Shown one piece after another: positions 27,906 through 37,237 of a DNA stretch of 64,000 bases. A program made the position numbers and the translations under genes. The stretch is from an uncultured bacterium (GTDB lineage Bacteria; Verrucomicrobiota; Lentisphaeria; Victivallales; UBA1829). Location of the stretch: NCBI GenBank assembly GCA_902780135.1, contig CACZEK010000003.1:65560-129559 (forward strand). Direction: 5' to 3'. Numbering within the stretch: the first letter of the stretch is position 1; the number at the start of each line of letters is the position of its first letter. Under the pieces are notes generated by a model that searched no databases, was not told the DNA's origin, and saw only the letters and a list, made by a program, of their open reading frames with translations.

Positions 27906-28783
27906 GGACGAGTCTTTCCTTCTTCAAAAAATTCCCTGACGTTGGTGATGAACTCCGCCGGATCGTCCTCCATGAGGAACCGCCCGGCGAGAGGCAGTAT
28001 GACGACTTTCGCGGACGGGAAATACTCCGTCCATTTCCGCAGGGCGCGCTTCGTGTAGAGCCAGTCCTTTCCGCCCCACAGGATCAGCGCGCGCTTCCCC
28101 CGGAGCGACCAGATCGCCGTTTCGATCTCGATCATGGACTGCGCCGACTTGTCCTCCGGCGCGCACGGCAGCGAGTTGATGAACTCCATGAGGGCGCAGC
28201 GGTCCTCCATCCGCGGGAACGGCAGCAGATAGGCGTCGCGGACGATCTTCGGGTAGCGCCAGGACGGACGCAGGAAGAAATTGAACTTGTTGACGAGGAT
28301 GTTGCCGAGGATCGGGAGCTTGCAGATGCGGAGGCGGAGCGGCAGCGAGAAATCGGAGAACGACATGGCGTTCATGACGATGAAGGATTCCACGCTTTCC
28401 GGGTGGCGCGCCGCGTAGCCCATGCCGATTGCCGCGCCCCGTCCGTGCATGACGAGCGTGATGCGGTCGCTGATGCCCAGATGGTTCAGCAGGCGTTCCA
28501 GGTGCTCGATGTGGTTCTCGATGCGGTAGTCGAAGTTCAGCGGCTTGTCCGAACGCCCGAAGCCGAGCTGGTCGTACGCGACGACACGCATGGTCGTGCG
28601 GAATTCGCGGATCACGCTGCGGAACGCGAACGCCGACATCGGGCAGGAATGGATCAGGACCAGCGCGGGGCCGGTCCCTTCATCGAAATAGCACAGGTTC
28701 TGGCCGTCGACTTCGAGGAAATGCGCCTCGAACGGAAAGATTTCCCGGAATCTTTCCCGGTCCTGTGCACCTGGGTCAGACAT
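27902..28783 (-). CDS. Alpha/beta-fold hydrolase of the haloalkane dehalogenase/OleB type, catalytic residues substituted
   Basis: YFDEGTG, DQLGFGRSDKP, WGGKDW; nucleophile elbow HGRGAAIG (normally HDWGG) and AGRF (normally AGHY/F). Confidence 0.8.
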   Translation of the reverse strand: MSDPGAQDRERFREIFPFEAHFLEVDGQNLCYFDEGTGPALVLIHSCPMSAFAFRSVIREFRTTMRVVAYDQLGFGRSDKPLNFDYRIENHIEHLERLLNHLGISDRITLVMHGRGAAIGMGYAARHPESVESFIVMNAMSFSDFSLPLRLRICKLPILGNILVNKFNFFLRPSWRYPKIVRDAYLLPFPRMEDRCALMEFINSLPCAPEDKSAQSMIEIETAIWSLRGKRALILWGGKDWLYTKRALRKWTEYFPSAKVVILPLAGRFLMEDDPAEFITNVREFFEEGKTRP

Positions 28784-28813
28784 GGCGAGCCGACGGCCTT
28801 TATGAAAACGGAT

Positions 28814-29992
28814 TTACCAGCGGTTGTTGCGGGAGCTTCTGCTGCTGCGGTTGTTGCGGGAGTTGTAGTTGTTGTTCTCGCGGTCGCGGCGGCGGTCCTC
28901 GCGTTCCTGTCTCCTGCGCTCGTTCTCCTCGCGGATCTGGCGTTCCCGCTCCTCCTTCTCCTGCTGCTTGCGCGCCCTTTCCTCCTCCTGCTTGCGCTTG
29001 CGCTCCTCGGCTTCCTGTTTCTTCTTCTCGTTGTACTCCTCGATCTTGCGCTTGCGTTCCTCTTCCTGCTCTTTCTTGAGCGCGGCGGCCTCTTCGGCTT
29101 TGCGCTTCTTCTCCTCGGCTTTCGCCCTGGCGGCTTCTCTGGCCTCCGCATTGTCGGCAACGGCGACGGAACCGCCCTTCAGGGCGGCAGCGGCGGTCGC
29201 GCCGGACGGCGCGTTGGAAGACGCCGGCGGCGTGTACGAGCTGGTCGGGCCGCCCTTCGCGAAATCCACGGTCATGCCTTCGGGGGAGAACTCGACGCTC
29301 TTCGCACGGGCGAAGAAGCTCGTCATCGCCTCGTTCTGGATCAGCGGGGTGAACCCGTTGAGGAACGGCTGGGTGTTCAGGAAGATCGGGAGACGGCCGA
29401 TGTCGAGGCGTCCGACGTCGAGCGTGATCGGCTCCAGCTGGGGATCCTTCGCATTTTCCGGCGGGACGTTGTAGACGACGTCGCCGTGGATGGTGTAGGT
29501 GACCGGGACTTTATCCTTGATGGAGACCCACAGATATACGACGGGCTGGTTCTTCGCTTCGTCGTATGCGACTTCGACGGCCGTGGCCTTGGCGAAGGAC
29601 TTGGTTTCGGAAAGCGGGTCCACGATCATGGTCTTGAGCATCTTGTTCACTTCGGCATAGGTGTATTTCACCTTGCCGACCGCGGTCCCGTTGGTCGCGT
29701 TGTTGAATTTCTGCCTGACGGCCGCGTCGTTGGCTGCCGGTTCCTCGTATTTGCGGAGCCCGCCGTTGTAGAAGACCGTGCCGATGAACGCGGCGACCAG
29801 GAGAAGCCCGACCCCGGTGGAGATCGCTTCCTTGATGCGTTTCTTGGCGCGCTTGATGTTTTTCTCTTTGTTGACGTCTTTCTGAAGCTTGTTCGGATCG
29901 ATCGCATCCATATCCAGCTTTTCGCCGCATTCACGGCAGAAAATGCTGCCCATCTGGTTCTCGAAGCCGCACTTCTGGCATTTGATCATCAT
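28814..29992 (-). CDS. Zinc-ribbon membrane protein with a long charged coiled-coil C-terminus
   Basis: CQKCG...FCRECG; one TM; E/K/R-rich helix; N/R/S-rich tail; start placed at ATG 29992. Confidence 0.75.
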   Translation of the reverse strand: MMIKCQKCGFENQMGSIFCRECGEKLDMDAIDPNKLQKDVNKEKNIKRAKKRIKEAISTGVGLLLVAAFIGTVFYNGGLRKYEEPAANDAAVRQKFNNATNGTAVGKVKYTYAEVNKMLKTMIVDPLSETKSFAKATAVEVAYDEAKNQPVVYLWVSIKDKVPVTYTIHGDVVYNVPPENAKDPQLEPITLDVGRLDIGRLPIFLNTQPFLNGFTPLIQNEAMTSFFARAKSVEFSPEGMTVDFAKGGPTSSYTPPASSNAPSGATAAAALKGGSVAVADNAEAREAARAKAEEKKRKAEEAAALKKEQEEERKRKIEEYNEKKKQEAEERKRKQEEERARKQQEKEERERQIREENERRRQEREDRRRDRENNNYNSRNNRSSRSSRNNRW

Positions 29993-30134
29993 GGTAGGGG
30001 GTGCCTTTCTTGTAAATAGTAATGGGTCGCGGAATATATTCCGATAATATAGCATCGGGACGCTTTTTATCAAGTTGAGTTTTTCATCTTTTCCCTTTTT
30101 TCGGAAAAAAAAACGTCTTTCCTTCCCTTTTTAT

Positions 30135-30162
30135 TTGACTATCCGGTTTTCGGATGTATAAT
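30135..30162 (+). promoter_or_regulatory. Sigma70-type promoter of xseB-mutS
   Basis: TTGACT-16 nt-TATAAT. Confidence 0.55.
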
Positions 30163-30211
30163 TCTTGATACGCTTTTTTGTTCAGAATCGTTTCCACGGG
30201 AGACTTACCGT

Positions 30212-30565
30212 ATGCCGCAGGCCGAAAAGGAATCCGCACCCGCCCAGGACATGTCGTTTGAAGAGGCGATGGCAAAGCTTGAATCGCTCGTCCGGTCCAT
30301 GGAGAACGGCAACACGCGCCTGGAGGACGTGATCGCGTCGTTCGAGGAGGCGAAACGCCTCTCCGCGTACTGCCAGCAGAAGCTCGAAACGCTCAAGCGA
30401 AAGATCGAGATCCTCACGAAGGACGGCCCCGAGGGCCAGAGCTGGGCGCCCTTCCAGCCCGAAGCCGAAGGCGGCGACTCCTTCATCCCGCCCGCCCGGA
30501 ACAATGCGCCCGCCCGCGCCCCGGAGCCGGAAGTCGGCGATGACCCGGACAACGTTCCGTTCTGA
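30212..30565 (+). CDS. xseB: Exodeoxyribonuclease VII small subunit
   Basis: SFEEAMAKLESLVRSMENGNTRLEDVIASFEEA...LETLKRKIEIL. Confidence 0.92.
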   Translation: MPQAEKESAPAQDMSFEEAMAKLESLVRSMENGNTRLEDVIASFEEAKRLSAYCQQKLETLKRKIEILTKDGPEGQSWAPFQPEAEGGDSFIPPARNNAPARAPEPEVGDDPDNVPF

Positions 30566-30588
30566 GGCGGCACAGGCGCACGTCGACC

Positions 30589-33180
30589 ATGAGCAGACCC
30601 CCGAAACAGCGTTCCCCCGAGGACTTCGGCGAGAAGAACATCACGCCGATGATGAAGCAGTATCTGCAGGCGAAGGCGGAATCCCCCGCCGACTCCATCC
30701 TGCTCTTCCGCGCCGGCGATTTCTACGAGATGTTCTTCGAGGACGCCCTCCGCGCCGCCCCGATCCTCGACCTCGTCCTGACCCACCGCGCCAACAACCC
30801 CATGTGCGGCGTGCCGTACCGCGCCGTCGACGCCTACATCCCGAAACTGCTCGACGCCGGGCTGAAAGTCGCCGTGGCGGAGCAGATGGAGGACCCCGCG
30901 CTCGCAAAGGGCCTGGTCCAGCGCGCCATCACCCGCATCATCACGCCCGGCACCATCCTCGACGCGTCGTTCCTGAAGCCCGGCGACAACAACTTCCTCT
31001 GCGCCGTCGTGGCGGAGGACAAGGACGTCTACGGGCTCGCCTGGCTCGACATCAGTACCGCCGAGTTCCAGACCGAACGCCTCGACTCCCGCGAAGCCTT
31101 CGAAAGCGAACTCCAGCGCCTCCAGCCCCGCGAATGCCTCATCCCGCGTTCCCTCTGCGACCAGTGGGAGCAGACCGGCGGACGCCCCGTGCTGATCCGC
31201 CCCATCCTCTGGACCCCGCTCGACGACTGGATCTTCTCCTTCGAACACACCTCCGAACTCCTGAAACGACAGTTCTCCGTCGCCGTGCTCGACGGCTTCG
31301 GGCTGAAAGACTGCGCGTGCGGCGTCCGCGCCGCCGGAGCCGTGCTGCACTACGCCGCCGAAAACCTCCGCCGCAGCACCGGCCACATCGTCTCCATCCG
31401 CCGCAACTACAGCGAAAAATACCTCGGGCTCGACCCCGTCTGCCAGCGCAACCTGGAGCTCGTCGACGCGCTCCACGGCGGCGGCCGCGAGGGCACGCTC
31501 CTGCAGGTCCTCGACCGCACCGCCACCGCCATGGGCTCCCGCCTCATGCGCAGCTGGCTCCTGAAGCCGCTCCGCGACGTCGACGCGATCGTGGAGCGCC
31601 AGGACGTCGTCGGGCTGATGAAGGACGAGGTCCTGACCCGGCAGGAGATCCGCGAGACGCTCCTCTCCATCCGCGACATGGAACGCCTCACCGCCAAGCT
31701 CAACGCCGGCGCGCTCACCCCGCGCGACCTGCTCGCGCTCGGACACAGCCTCTCCGTCCTGCCCGGCCTCAAGATGATCCTGAACGCCTACGACCTGCCG
31801 CTCGTCGAACGCATCCGCGACGGCCTCGGCGACTTCCCGGAGCTCACCTCGCGCATCTTCGCCGCCATCGCCGACGATCCCCCGGCGGACATGGCGGAGG
31901 GCGGATTCATCCGCGAGGGCTTCAACCACGACCTTGACGTCTTCCGGTCCGCCATCACCGACGGCAAATCCTGGATCGCCCAGCTTCAGGCGAAGGAGCA
32001 GGAGCGCACCGGCATCAAGAGCCTGAAGGTGCATTTCAACGGCGTCTTCGGCTACTACATCGAGATCTCGAAAAGCAACCTCGCGCGCGTCCCCGACGAC
32101 TACGTCCGCAAGCAGACGCTCGTCAACGCCGAACGCTTCATCACGCCCGAGCTCAAGGAGATGGAAAGCAAGATCCTCGGCGCGTCCGACAAGGCGGTCT
32201 CCCTCGAAAAACAGCTTTTCGACGAACTCCGCACCTACGCCCGCACCTTCACCGGAGAGATCCAGAAGGCCGCGTTCTCCGTCGCCCGCCTCGACGTCCT
32301 CGCCGCCCTCGGCGAATGCGCCTCCAAATACCGTTACTGCCGCCCGCACGTCGCGGACGACGACGTCCTCCACATCGTCGCCGGACGCCACCCCGTGCTC
32401 GACGCCCGCATGGAGTCCGAACGCTTCGTGCCGAACGACACGCTGCTCGACGGCGCGGACAACCGCATGATGATCATTACCGGCCCGAACATGGCGGGCA
32501 AATCCACCTACATCCGCCAGACCGCCCTCCTCGTCATCATGGCGCAGATGGGCTCCTTCATCCCCGCCGACGAGGCGCACGTCGGGCTCGTGGACCGCGT
32601 CTTCACCCGCGTCGGCGCCATGGACGACCTCGCGCGCGGCCAGAGCACGTTCATGGTCGAGATGATTGAGACCGCGAACATCCTGAACCACGCCACCAGC
32701 AAGAGCCTCGTGATCCTCGACGAGATCGGACGCGGCACCAGCACGTTCGACGGACTTTCCATCGCTCTCTCCGTCGCCGAATATCTCCTCGACCATCCGT
32801 CCTCGCGCGCACGCACCCAGTTCGCCACCCATTACCACGAGATGACCGAGCTCGCCCTCACGCGCAAGGGCGTGAAAAACTACAACGTCGCCGTCCGCGA
32901 ATACGGCGATCAGATCATCTTCCTGCGCCAGATCGTCCCCGGAGCCGCCGACAAGAGCTACGGCATCCACGTCGCGAAGCTCGCCGGGCTCCCCAACGAC
33001 GTGATCGTCCGCGCCCGCGAAATCCTCGAAAACCTCGAGGAAAACGCCATCGCCGATGCCGGGATGCCGTCCTACACGCGCCCCATCCTCCGCGAACGCC
33101 ACGCGAAATTCCACACGAAAAAGACGCGCAGGACCGCGCCGGACGAGGACGACGAGCCCGAACAGCCCACGCTCTTTTGA
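30589..33180 (+). CDS. mutS: DNA mismatch repair protein MutS
   Basis: TPMMKQY, GDFYEMFF, ITGPNMAGKSTY, STFMVEM, DEIGRGTST, SYGIHVA. Confidence 0.98.
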   Translation: MSRPPKQRSPEDFGEKNITPMMKQYLQAKAESPADSILLFRAGDFYEMFFEDALRAAPILDLVLTHRANNPMCGVPYRAVDAYIPKLLDAGLKVAVAEQMEDPALAKGLVQRAITRIITPGTILDASFLKPGDNNFLCAVVAEDKDVYGLAWLDISTAEFQTERLDSREAFESELQRLQPRECLIPRSLCDQWEQTGGRPVLIRPILWTPLDDWIFSFEHTSELLKRQFSVAVLDGFGLKDCACGVRAAGAVLHYAAENLRRSTGHIVSIRRNYSEKYLGLDPVCQRNLELVDALHGGGREGTLLQVLDRTATAMGSRLMRSWLLKPLRDVDAIVERQDVVGLMKDEVLTRQEIRETLLSIRDMERLTAKLNAGALTPRDLLALGHSLSVLPGLKMILNAYDLPLVERIRDGLGDFPELTSRIFAAIADDPPADMAEGGFIREGFNHDLDVFRSAITDGKSWIAQLQAKEQERTGIKSLKVHFNGVFGYYIEISKSNLARVPDDYVRKQTLVNAERFITPELKEMESKILGASDKAVSLEKQLFDELRTYARTFTGEIQKAAFSVARLDVLAALGECASKYRYCRPHVADDDVLHIVAGRHPVLDARMESERFVPNDTLLDGADNRMMIITGPNMAGKSTYIRQTALLVIMAQMGSFIPADEAHVGLVDRVFTRVGAMDDLARGQSTFMVEMIETANILNHATSKSLVILDEIGRGTSTFDGLSIALSVAEYLLDHPSSRARTQFATHYHEMTELALTRKGVKNYNVAVREYGDQIIFLRQIVPGAADKSYGIHVAKLAGLPNDVIVRAREILENLEENAIADAGMPSYTRPILRERHAKFHTKKTRRTAPDEDDEPEQPTLF

Positions 33181-33292
33181 TGTTTGCATCCTTTTTGGGT
33201 GAAATGTTTCATCCTTTTCTTGATTTTGCGCCGTTTTTGTGGTATGTTTACATGCCCCTGACGAATCGGAAATATCTGAAAAACGGTGTATT

Positions 33293-34318
33293 ATGAACGA
33301 AAATCCCGGCAAGGAAACTAGTCCTGCAAAGAAGAAGCGCGGCGGCAACCGCGTGATAATCATTGTCCTTGCGGCTTGCCTTTTTTGCTGGCTTGCAGGC
33401 GTTTTTTTTCTGTTTAACTGTTTCCGCACCAGCTACAGACGCGTGCAGGAGTATGCCGACACCTATCAGCTGATCGTGCTTCTTGATGACGCGGTCCGGC
33501 AGTACAAACTTGATGTCGGGACATGCCCGTCCTCACTCCAGGGACTGCTGGAGAATATCGACCACGCCGAAAAATGGGACGGCCCCTACCTCAAACCGGC
33601 GCTTCCGCGTGACCCGTGGGGCAACGAATTTCATTATGTCTTCCCGGGAGAGCACGGCGAATTCGATATTTTCTCGCTCGGCTCCGACGGAAAGGAAGGC
33701 GGCGGGAGAAAAGGCGAAAGAATGGAACCCCGGAATCTGGCGGGCGATCTCGGCAACTGGGATATTGTGGAATGGAGGAAAGAAACGACCCCGTCCTTTT
33801 ATGATTTCGAGCTTGTCACGTGGGACGGTCAGGTCATCCGGACTGCCGACCTCAAGGGCAAGGTCGTGCTCGTGGTGAACACGTCCATGACCGACGTTTT
33901 TACGCCTCAGTATGCCCGTCTTGAGGAGATTTACAGGAAATACCGCGACAAGGGCTTCGAAATCCTGGATTTCCCCGGCATCCAGTTCACTTCGAGGCGG
34001 CCCGGGACGCAGTTTTCTCCCCGCAATGCGGATGTCCATTCGTTCCGCACGTCCCGTTACGGCGTGACGTTCCCGCAGATGGCGAACTCGGGTTCGGAGT
34101 TTCCCCCGCTTTATTCGTCGTTCCTCGGCCTGCCCCAATGGTACTTCACGAAATATCTCGTCGGCCGTGACGGCAAAGTCGTTCGGTGTTTCGCGCCGGA
34201 CCCGATCTACAATCCCGCCGACACCATGGACGAACTCGAACGCTGCATCCAGTCCCTGCTGGACGCCCCGCCCCCCGCCGCGGAGGATGCGGAACCGCCC
34301 GGACCCGAGGCGAATTGA
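33293..34318 (+). CDS. Fusion of a GspG-like pseudopilin domain and a glutathione-peroxidase-like domain lacking catalytic Cys
   Basis: WDGPYL...PRDPWGNEFHYVFPGEHGEFDIFSLGSDG...GNW (GspG) followed by LKGKVVLVVNT....FTPQY...YRDKGFEILDFP..QF...WYFTKYLVGRDGKVV (GPx). Confidence 0.85.
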   Translation: MNENPGKETSPAKKKRGGNRVIIIVLAACLFCWLAGVFFLFNCFRTSYRRVQEYADTYQLIVLLDDAVRQYKLDVGTCPSSLQGLLENIDHAEKWDGPYLKPALPRDPWGNEFHYVFPGEHGEFDIFSLGSDGKEGGGRKGERMEPRNLAGDLGNWDIVEWRKETTPSFYDFELVTWDGQVIRTADLKGKVVLVVNTSMTDVFTPQYARLEEIYRKYRDKGFEILDFPGIQFTSRRPGTQFSPRNADVHSFRTSRYGVTFPQMANSGSEFPPLYSSFLGLPQWYFTKYLVGRDGKVVRCFAPDPIYNPADTMDELERCIQSLLDAPPPAAEDAEPPGPEAN

Positions 34319-34527
34319 CCGTCCGCGCCGATCATTGGCGAGCCGGACAACCCGTCCAGTCCCGATTATTCTTTTTTTCGAAAAAAACGGTTTTCCCTCT
34401 TCTTTTTTTTCCGGTTTTGCGGTATAATATAGCCTGCCGGAGACGATCCGGCATGTTTCCGCCATTGATCCGGCGTCCTCCCGCCCCCCGCCGGAGAAAT
34501 CGGAAACGCAACGCGAGGAGAAAAACG

Positions 34528-35817
34528 ATGAAACGCCGGTCCGCCCTGATTCCGTTCCTGTTCTGCTTCGCGCTTTGCCTGACGGCGGCAAATCCCCTTT
34601 TTGCGGAATCCCTGCTGGACGTCGTCGAGGCGGCGCAGGCCACCATCCTGAAAAAGTACCCAAGCAAGGATTCCCTTGCCCGGAAGATTGCGCTGGAGGA
34701 GCTCGAAAAGATCGCACGGAGCGGCGAAACGGACGAGCAGATCATGGAAGCCCTGCTGGAAAAGTTCCCGGAGACTTCCGCCGAACTTTTCGCCAGATCC
34801 GACCGGAATTCCAACGGCGTCCCGGACGAGTGGGAGAAGAAGTTCAAAGTCTCGCCCGGTTTCACTGCCCCCGAATCCGACGAGGATTCCGACGGATTCA
34901 ATCTGCTGGAGGAATACAAGGCGGGCACCGATCCGGTCGATCCGCTCAGCCATCCGAAGTATGTCACGCGGATTTGCGTTTCCAACGTCATTCACCGGCG
35001 CATCGACGGCCTGAAATTGGCTTTCGTCGACATGATGGGGAAGACAGGCCCGTTACCCGACAAACGCGACTGGACCGTCTCGTTCAATGTGATCCGAAAC
35101 GGAAGAAAGAGAACCGAATTCGCGGGCATCGGAAGAGGTGCGTTTAAGAGCAGCGATATCGCCTTTGCCGTCACTGACATTGAGATTGACGACAAGACGC
35201 AGGAACCGGTCGTCTATCTTCAGCGCGTCGGGAAAAACGAACGCATCCCATGCCGCCCCAAACGTCCGGTGTATGAACCTGTTCCGCAAGTGAGGTTTCT
35301 TGATTCCCTCAACGGCCGCACGATCCTTTCCCCGATTGGTGGCAAGTTCAAACTCGGTTCGAAAAAGACAGGGGAAGAGGTGTATAAAGTCGTCTCCATG
35401 GATTCCGGCACGAAGACCGCCGTCGTCGAATCCGTCGGAGAAGCCCCGGAAACGTTCAGGATCCAGCCTGTCCCGAACAGGCTCCCCGCGGCAAAGGCCC
35501 CCGCCCCTGCGAAACCTGTCGCAAAAACTCCGGCGAAACCCGCTGCGAAGTCCGCTGAAAAGGGGCCGGTGAACCTTTCCGTATATGCGAAGCAGGCTGA
35601 GGTGAATATTCTGACAAGACAACCCGTGTTTGCGGGATTCGCCGCGCCGTTCAAGGCGCCGGAGAAACCCGCCGCTCAGCCTGCCGCAAAAAATGCCGCT
35701 CGACCCTCTGCGAAGACCGTCACGAAATCTTCGCCCTTGAAAAACCTCACGTCTTCCAGGATCAAGGCTCCGGCGAAATCTTCACGAGTTTCCGGGAAAG
35801 GATCCGGGAAGAAATAA
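34528..35817 (+). CDS. Exported Amuc_1099-like pilus-system protein with P/A/K-rich tail
   Basis: Signal peptide; NSNGVPDEWEKKF...DEDSDGFNLLEEYKAGTDPVDPLSHP, a Ca-binding-like motif I recall from Verrucomicrobia Amuc_1099-type proteins. Confidence 0.6.
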   Translation: MKRRSALIPFLFCFALCLTAANPLFAESLLDVVEAAQATILKKYPSKDSLARKIALEELEKIARSGETDEQIMEALLEKFPETSAELFARSDRNSNGVPDEWEKKFKVSPGFTAPESDEDSDGFNLLEEYKAGTDPVDPLSHPKYVTRICVSNVIHRRIDGLKLAFVDMMGKTGPLPDKRDWTVSFNVIRNGRKRTEFAGIGRGAFKSSDIAFAVTDIEIDDKTQEPVVYLQRVGKNERIPCRPKRPVYEPVPQVRFLDSLNGRTILSPIGGKFKLGSKKTGEEVYKVVSMDSGTKTAVVESVGEAPETFRIQPVPNRLPAAKAPAPAKPVAKTPAKPAAKSAEKGPVNLSVYAKQAEVNILTRQPVFAGFAAPFKAPEKPAAQPAAKNAARPSAKTVTKSSPLKNLTSSRIKAPAKSSRVSGKGSGKK

Positions 35818-35834
35818 GCGGTCTGTTCATCCCT

Positions 35835-35952
35835 CCCGTGTCCGGGCGCAGCCGGACACTGCTCCGTCCAGGACTTGTCCTGGGCCGTCGCGGAGCACGG
35901 CATTACCCAAGTGGAGGACTTGTCCTCCCGGGCGCAGCCGGACACTACCGCA
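35835..35952. repeat. Composite REP/BIME-like element (modules A and C, TACCCAAGTG linker)
   Basis: GTGTCCGGGCGCAGCCGGACAC 35838-59 and partial copy 35928-45; CCAGGACTTGTCCTGG 35868-83; GGAGGACTTGTCCTCC 35913-28. Confidence 0.75.
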
Positions 35953-36586
35953 GTACAGGTTTTACTCTGTTCCAGTCGGGCTGGTACAGCCAGATCGACC
36001 AGGGCAGGGGCTTTTCCGGGGGATTGCGCCAGGCGTCTTTCAGCAGACGGTTCCAGTTGCGGCGGCCTTCCAGCGCGAATGCCCGGTAGTCGCAGTAATA
36101 CATCACGTATGCCTTCGTCTCGCGGCCGGATTCGAGCCGGGAGAGGAAGGCGTCGAGCACGCAGACGTCGAACGGGTTGTAGAGCCAGAAGACGGTGCCG
36201 TCGCGCGGCAGCACGTCGAGGATGTTCCCGTTCAAAATGGAAACCTGCGGATAGCCCTCGAAGCGTTTTGCCGTAATCGCGGCGACGTCCGGGTCAAGCT
36301 CGACGCCGTAAAACTTTCTGCACGGCGACTTTTTGAGCAGGAGCCAGCTGATCACGCGCCCGAATCCGCATCCGACGTCCACGAAAACGTCGTTCGCGTC
36401 CAGCGGGAACTCGCGGAACATCATCTCGATCGCGCCGTACTCCGCGCTCATGGTCGGGTACGCGCCGAGGTCCTGAAACCGCGATTCGCGCACTTCGGAG
36501 AGCGAGATGCCGCCGATCTTCCGGTCGAGACGGTCCTCGCGCCAGGCGCGCAACTTCGTCCGCAAGCTCGAAAACGGGGCTGCCAT
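35945..36586 (-). CDS. Class I SAM-dependent methyltransferase
   Basis: VFVDVGCGFGRV, YGVELD, NGNIL, WLYNPF; start placed at ATG 36586. Confidence 0.85.
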   Translation of the reverse strand: MAAPFSSLRTKLRAWREDRLDRKIGGISLSEVRESRFQDLGAYPTMSAEYGAIEMMFREFPLDANDVFVDVGCGFGRVISWLLLKKSPCRKFYGVELDPDVAAITAKRFEGYPQVSILNGNILDVLPRDGTVFWLYNPFDVCVLDAFLSRLESGRETKAYVMYYCDYRAFALEGRRNWNRLLKDAWRNPPEKPLPWSIWLYQPDWNRVKPVLR

Positions 36587-36596
36587 CGTCGGTCTT

Positions 36597-37235
36597 TCAG
36601 CGGGGGGCGGGCAGCAGGACCGCCAGCATCTCTTTCGCGATGGCGTCCTTGCTCTGCAGCGGGAGGTCGAACCTGCGGCCGTCGGCGGCGAAGAGCGTGA
36701 CGGCGTTGGTCTCGGCGGCGAATCCGCGGTCGGGACGCGACACGTCGTTCGCGGCGATCCAGTCGAGGTTCTTCGCGGCGAGCTTGGCGCGGGCATACTG
36801 TTCGAGATCATCGGTCTCCGCGGCGAATCCGACCAGGATCTGTCCGGGCTTTTTCTGCTGCCCGAGCGTCTTCAGAATATCCTCGGTCCGCTTCAGCTCG
36901 AGGAAGAGATTGCCGTCCGCCTTCTTCAGTTTGCGGTCGACCGGATGCGCCGGGGTGTAGTCCGCCACGGCCGCGCACATTACGACCATGCCGCAGTCCG
37001 CCGCGCGGGATTTGACCGCTTGTGCCATGTCGGCGGCGGAGACGACCGGGACGAATTCCAGCACGCCGTCCGGCGGCGTGAGCGCGACCGGGCCGGAGAC
37101 CAGGATCACGTCGTGACCCGCCTCGACGGCTGCCTTTGCGAGGGCGTAGCCCATCTTGCCGGAGGACTTGTTGCTGAGGAACCGGACGGCGTCGACCGCC
37201 TCGCGCGTCGGGCCCGCGGTGACGAGGATCCGCAT
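36597..37235 (-). CDS. coaB: Phosphopantothenate-cysteine ligase (CoaB domain, stand-alone)
   Basis: LVTAGPTRE.VD.VRFLSNKSSGKMG, AAVADY, VGFAAET, IAANDV. Confidence 0.93.
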   Translation of the reverse strand: MRILVTAGPTREAVDAVRFLSNKSSGKMGYALAKAAVEAGHDVILVSGPVALTPPDGVLEFVPVVSAADMAQAVKSRAADCGMVVMCAAVADYTPAHPVDRKLKKADGNLFLELKRTEDILKTLGQQKKPGQILVGFAAETDDLEQYARAKLAAKNLDWIAANDVSRPDRGFAAETNAVTLFAADGRRFDLPLQSKDAIAKEMLAVLLPAPR

Positions 37236-37237
37236 GG

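Noticed and set aside
30205-33429. 1074-aa minus-strand ORF, and similar ones at 57610-60813, 18929-21139, 45463-47598 and 54029-56110
   Set aside because: Shadows of mutS, mla/NYN, the exported protein, tkt and GH97 respectively, with no independent coding signal.
33840-33920. Selenocysteine glutathione peroxidase
   Set aside because: The codon at the peroxidatic position is GAC (Asp), not TGA, and the frame is open.
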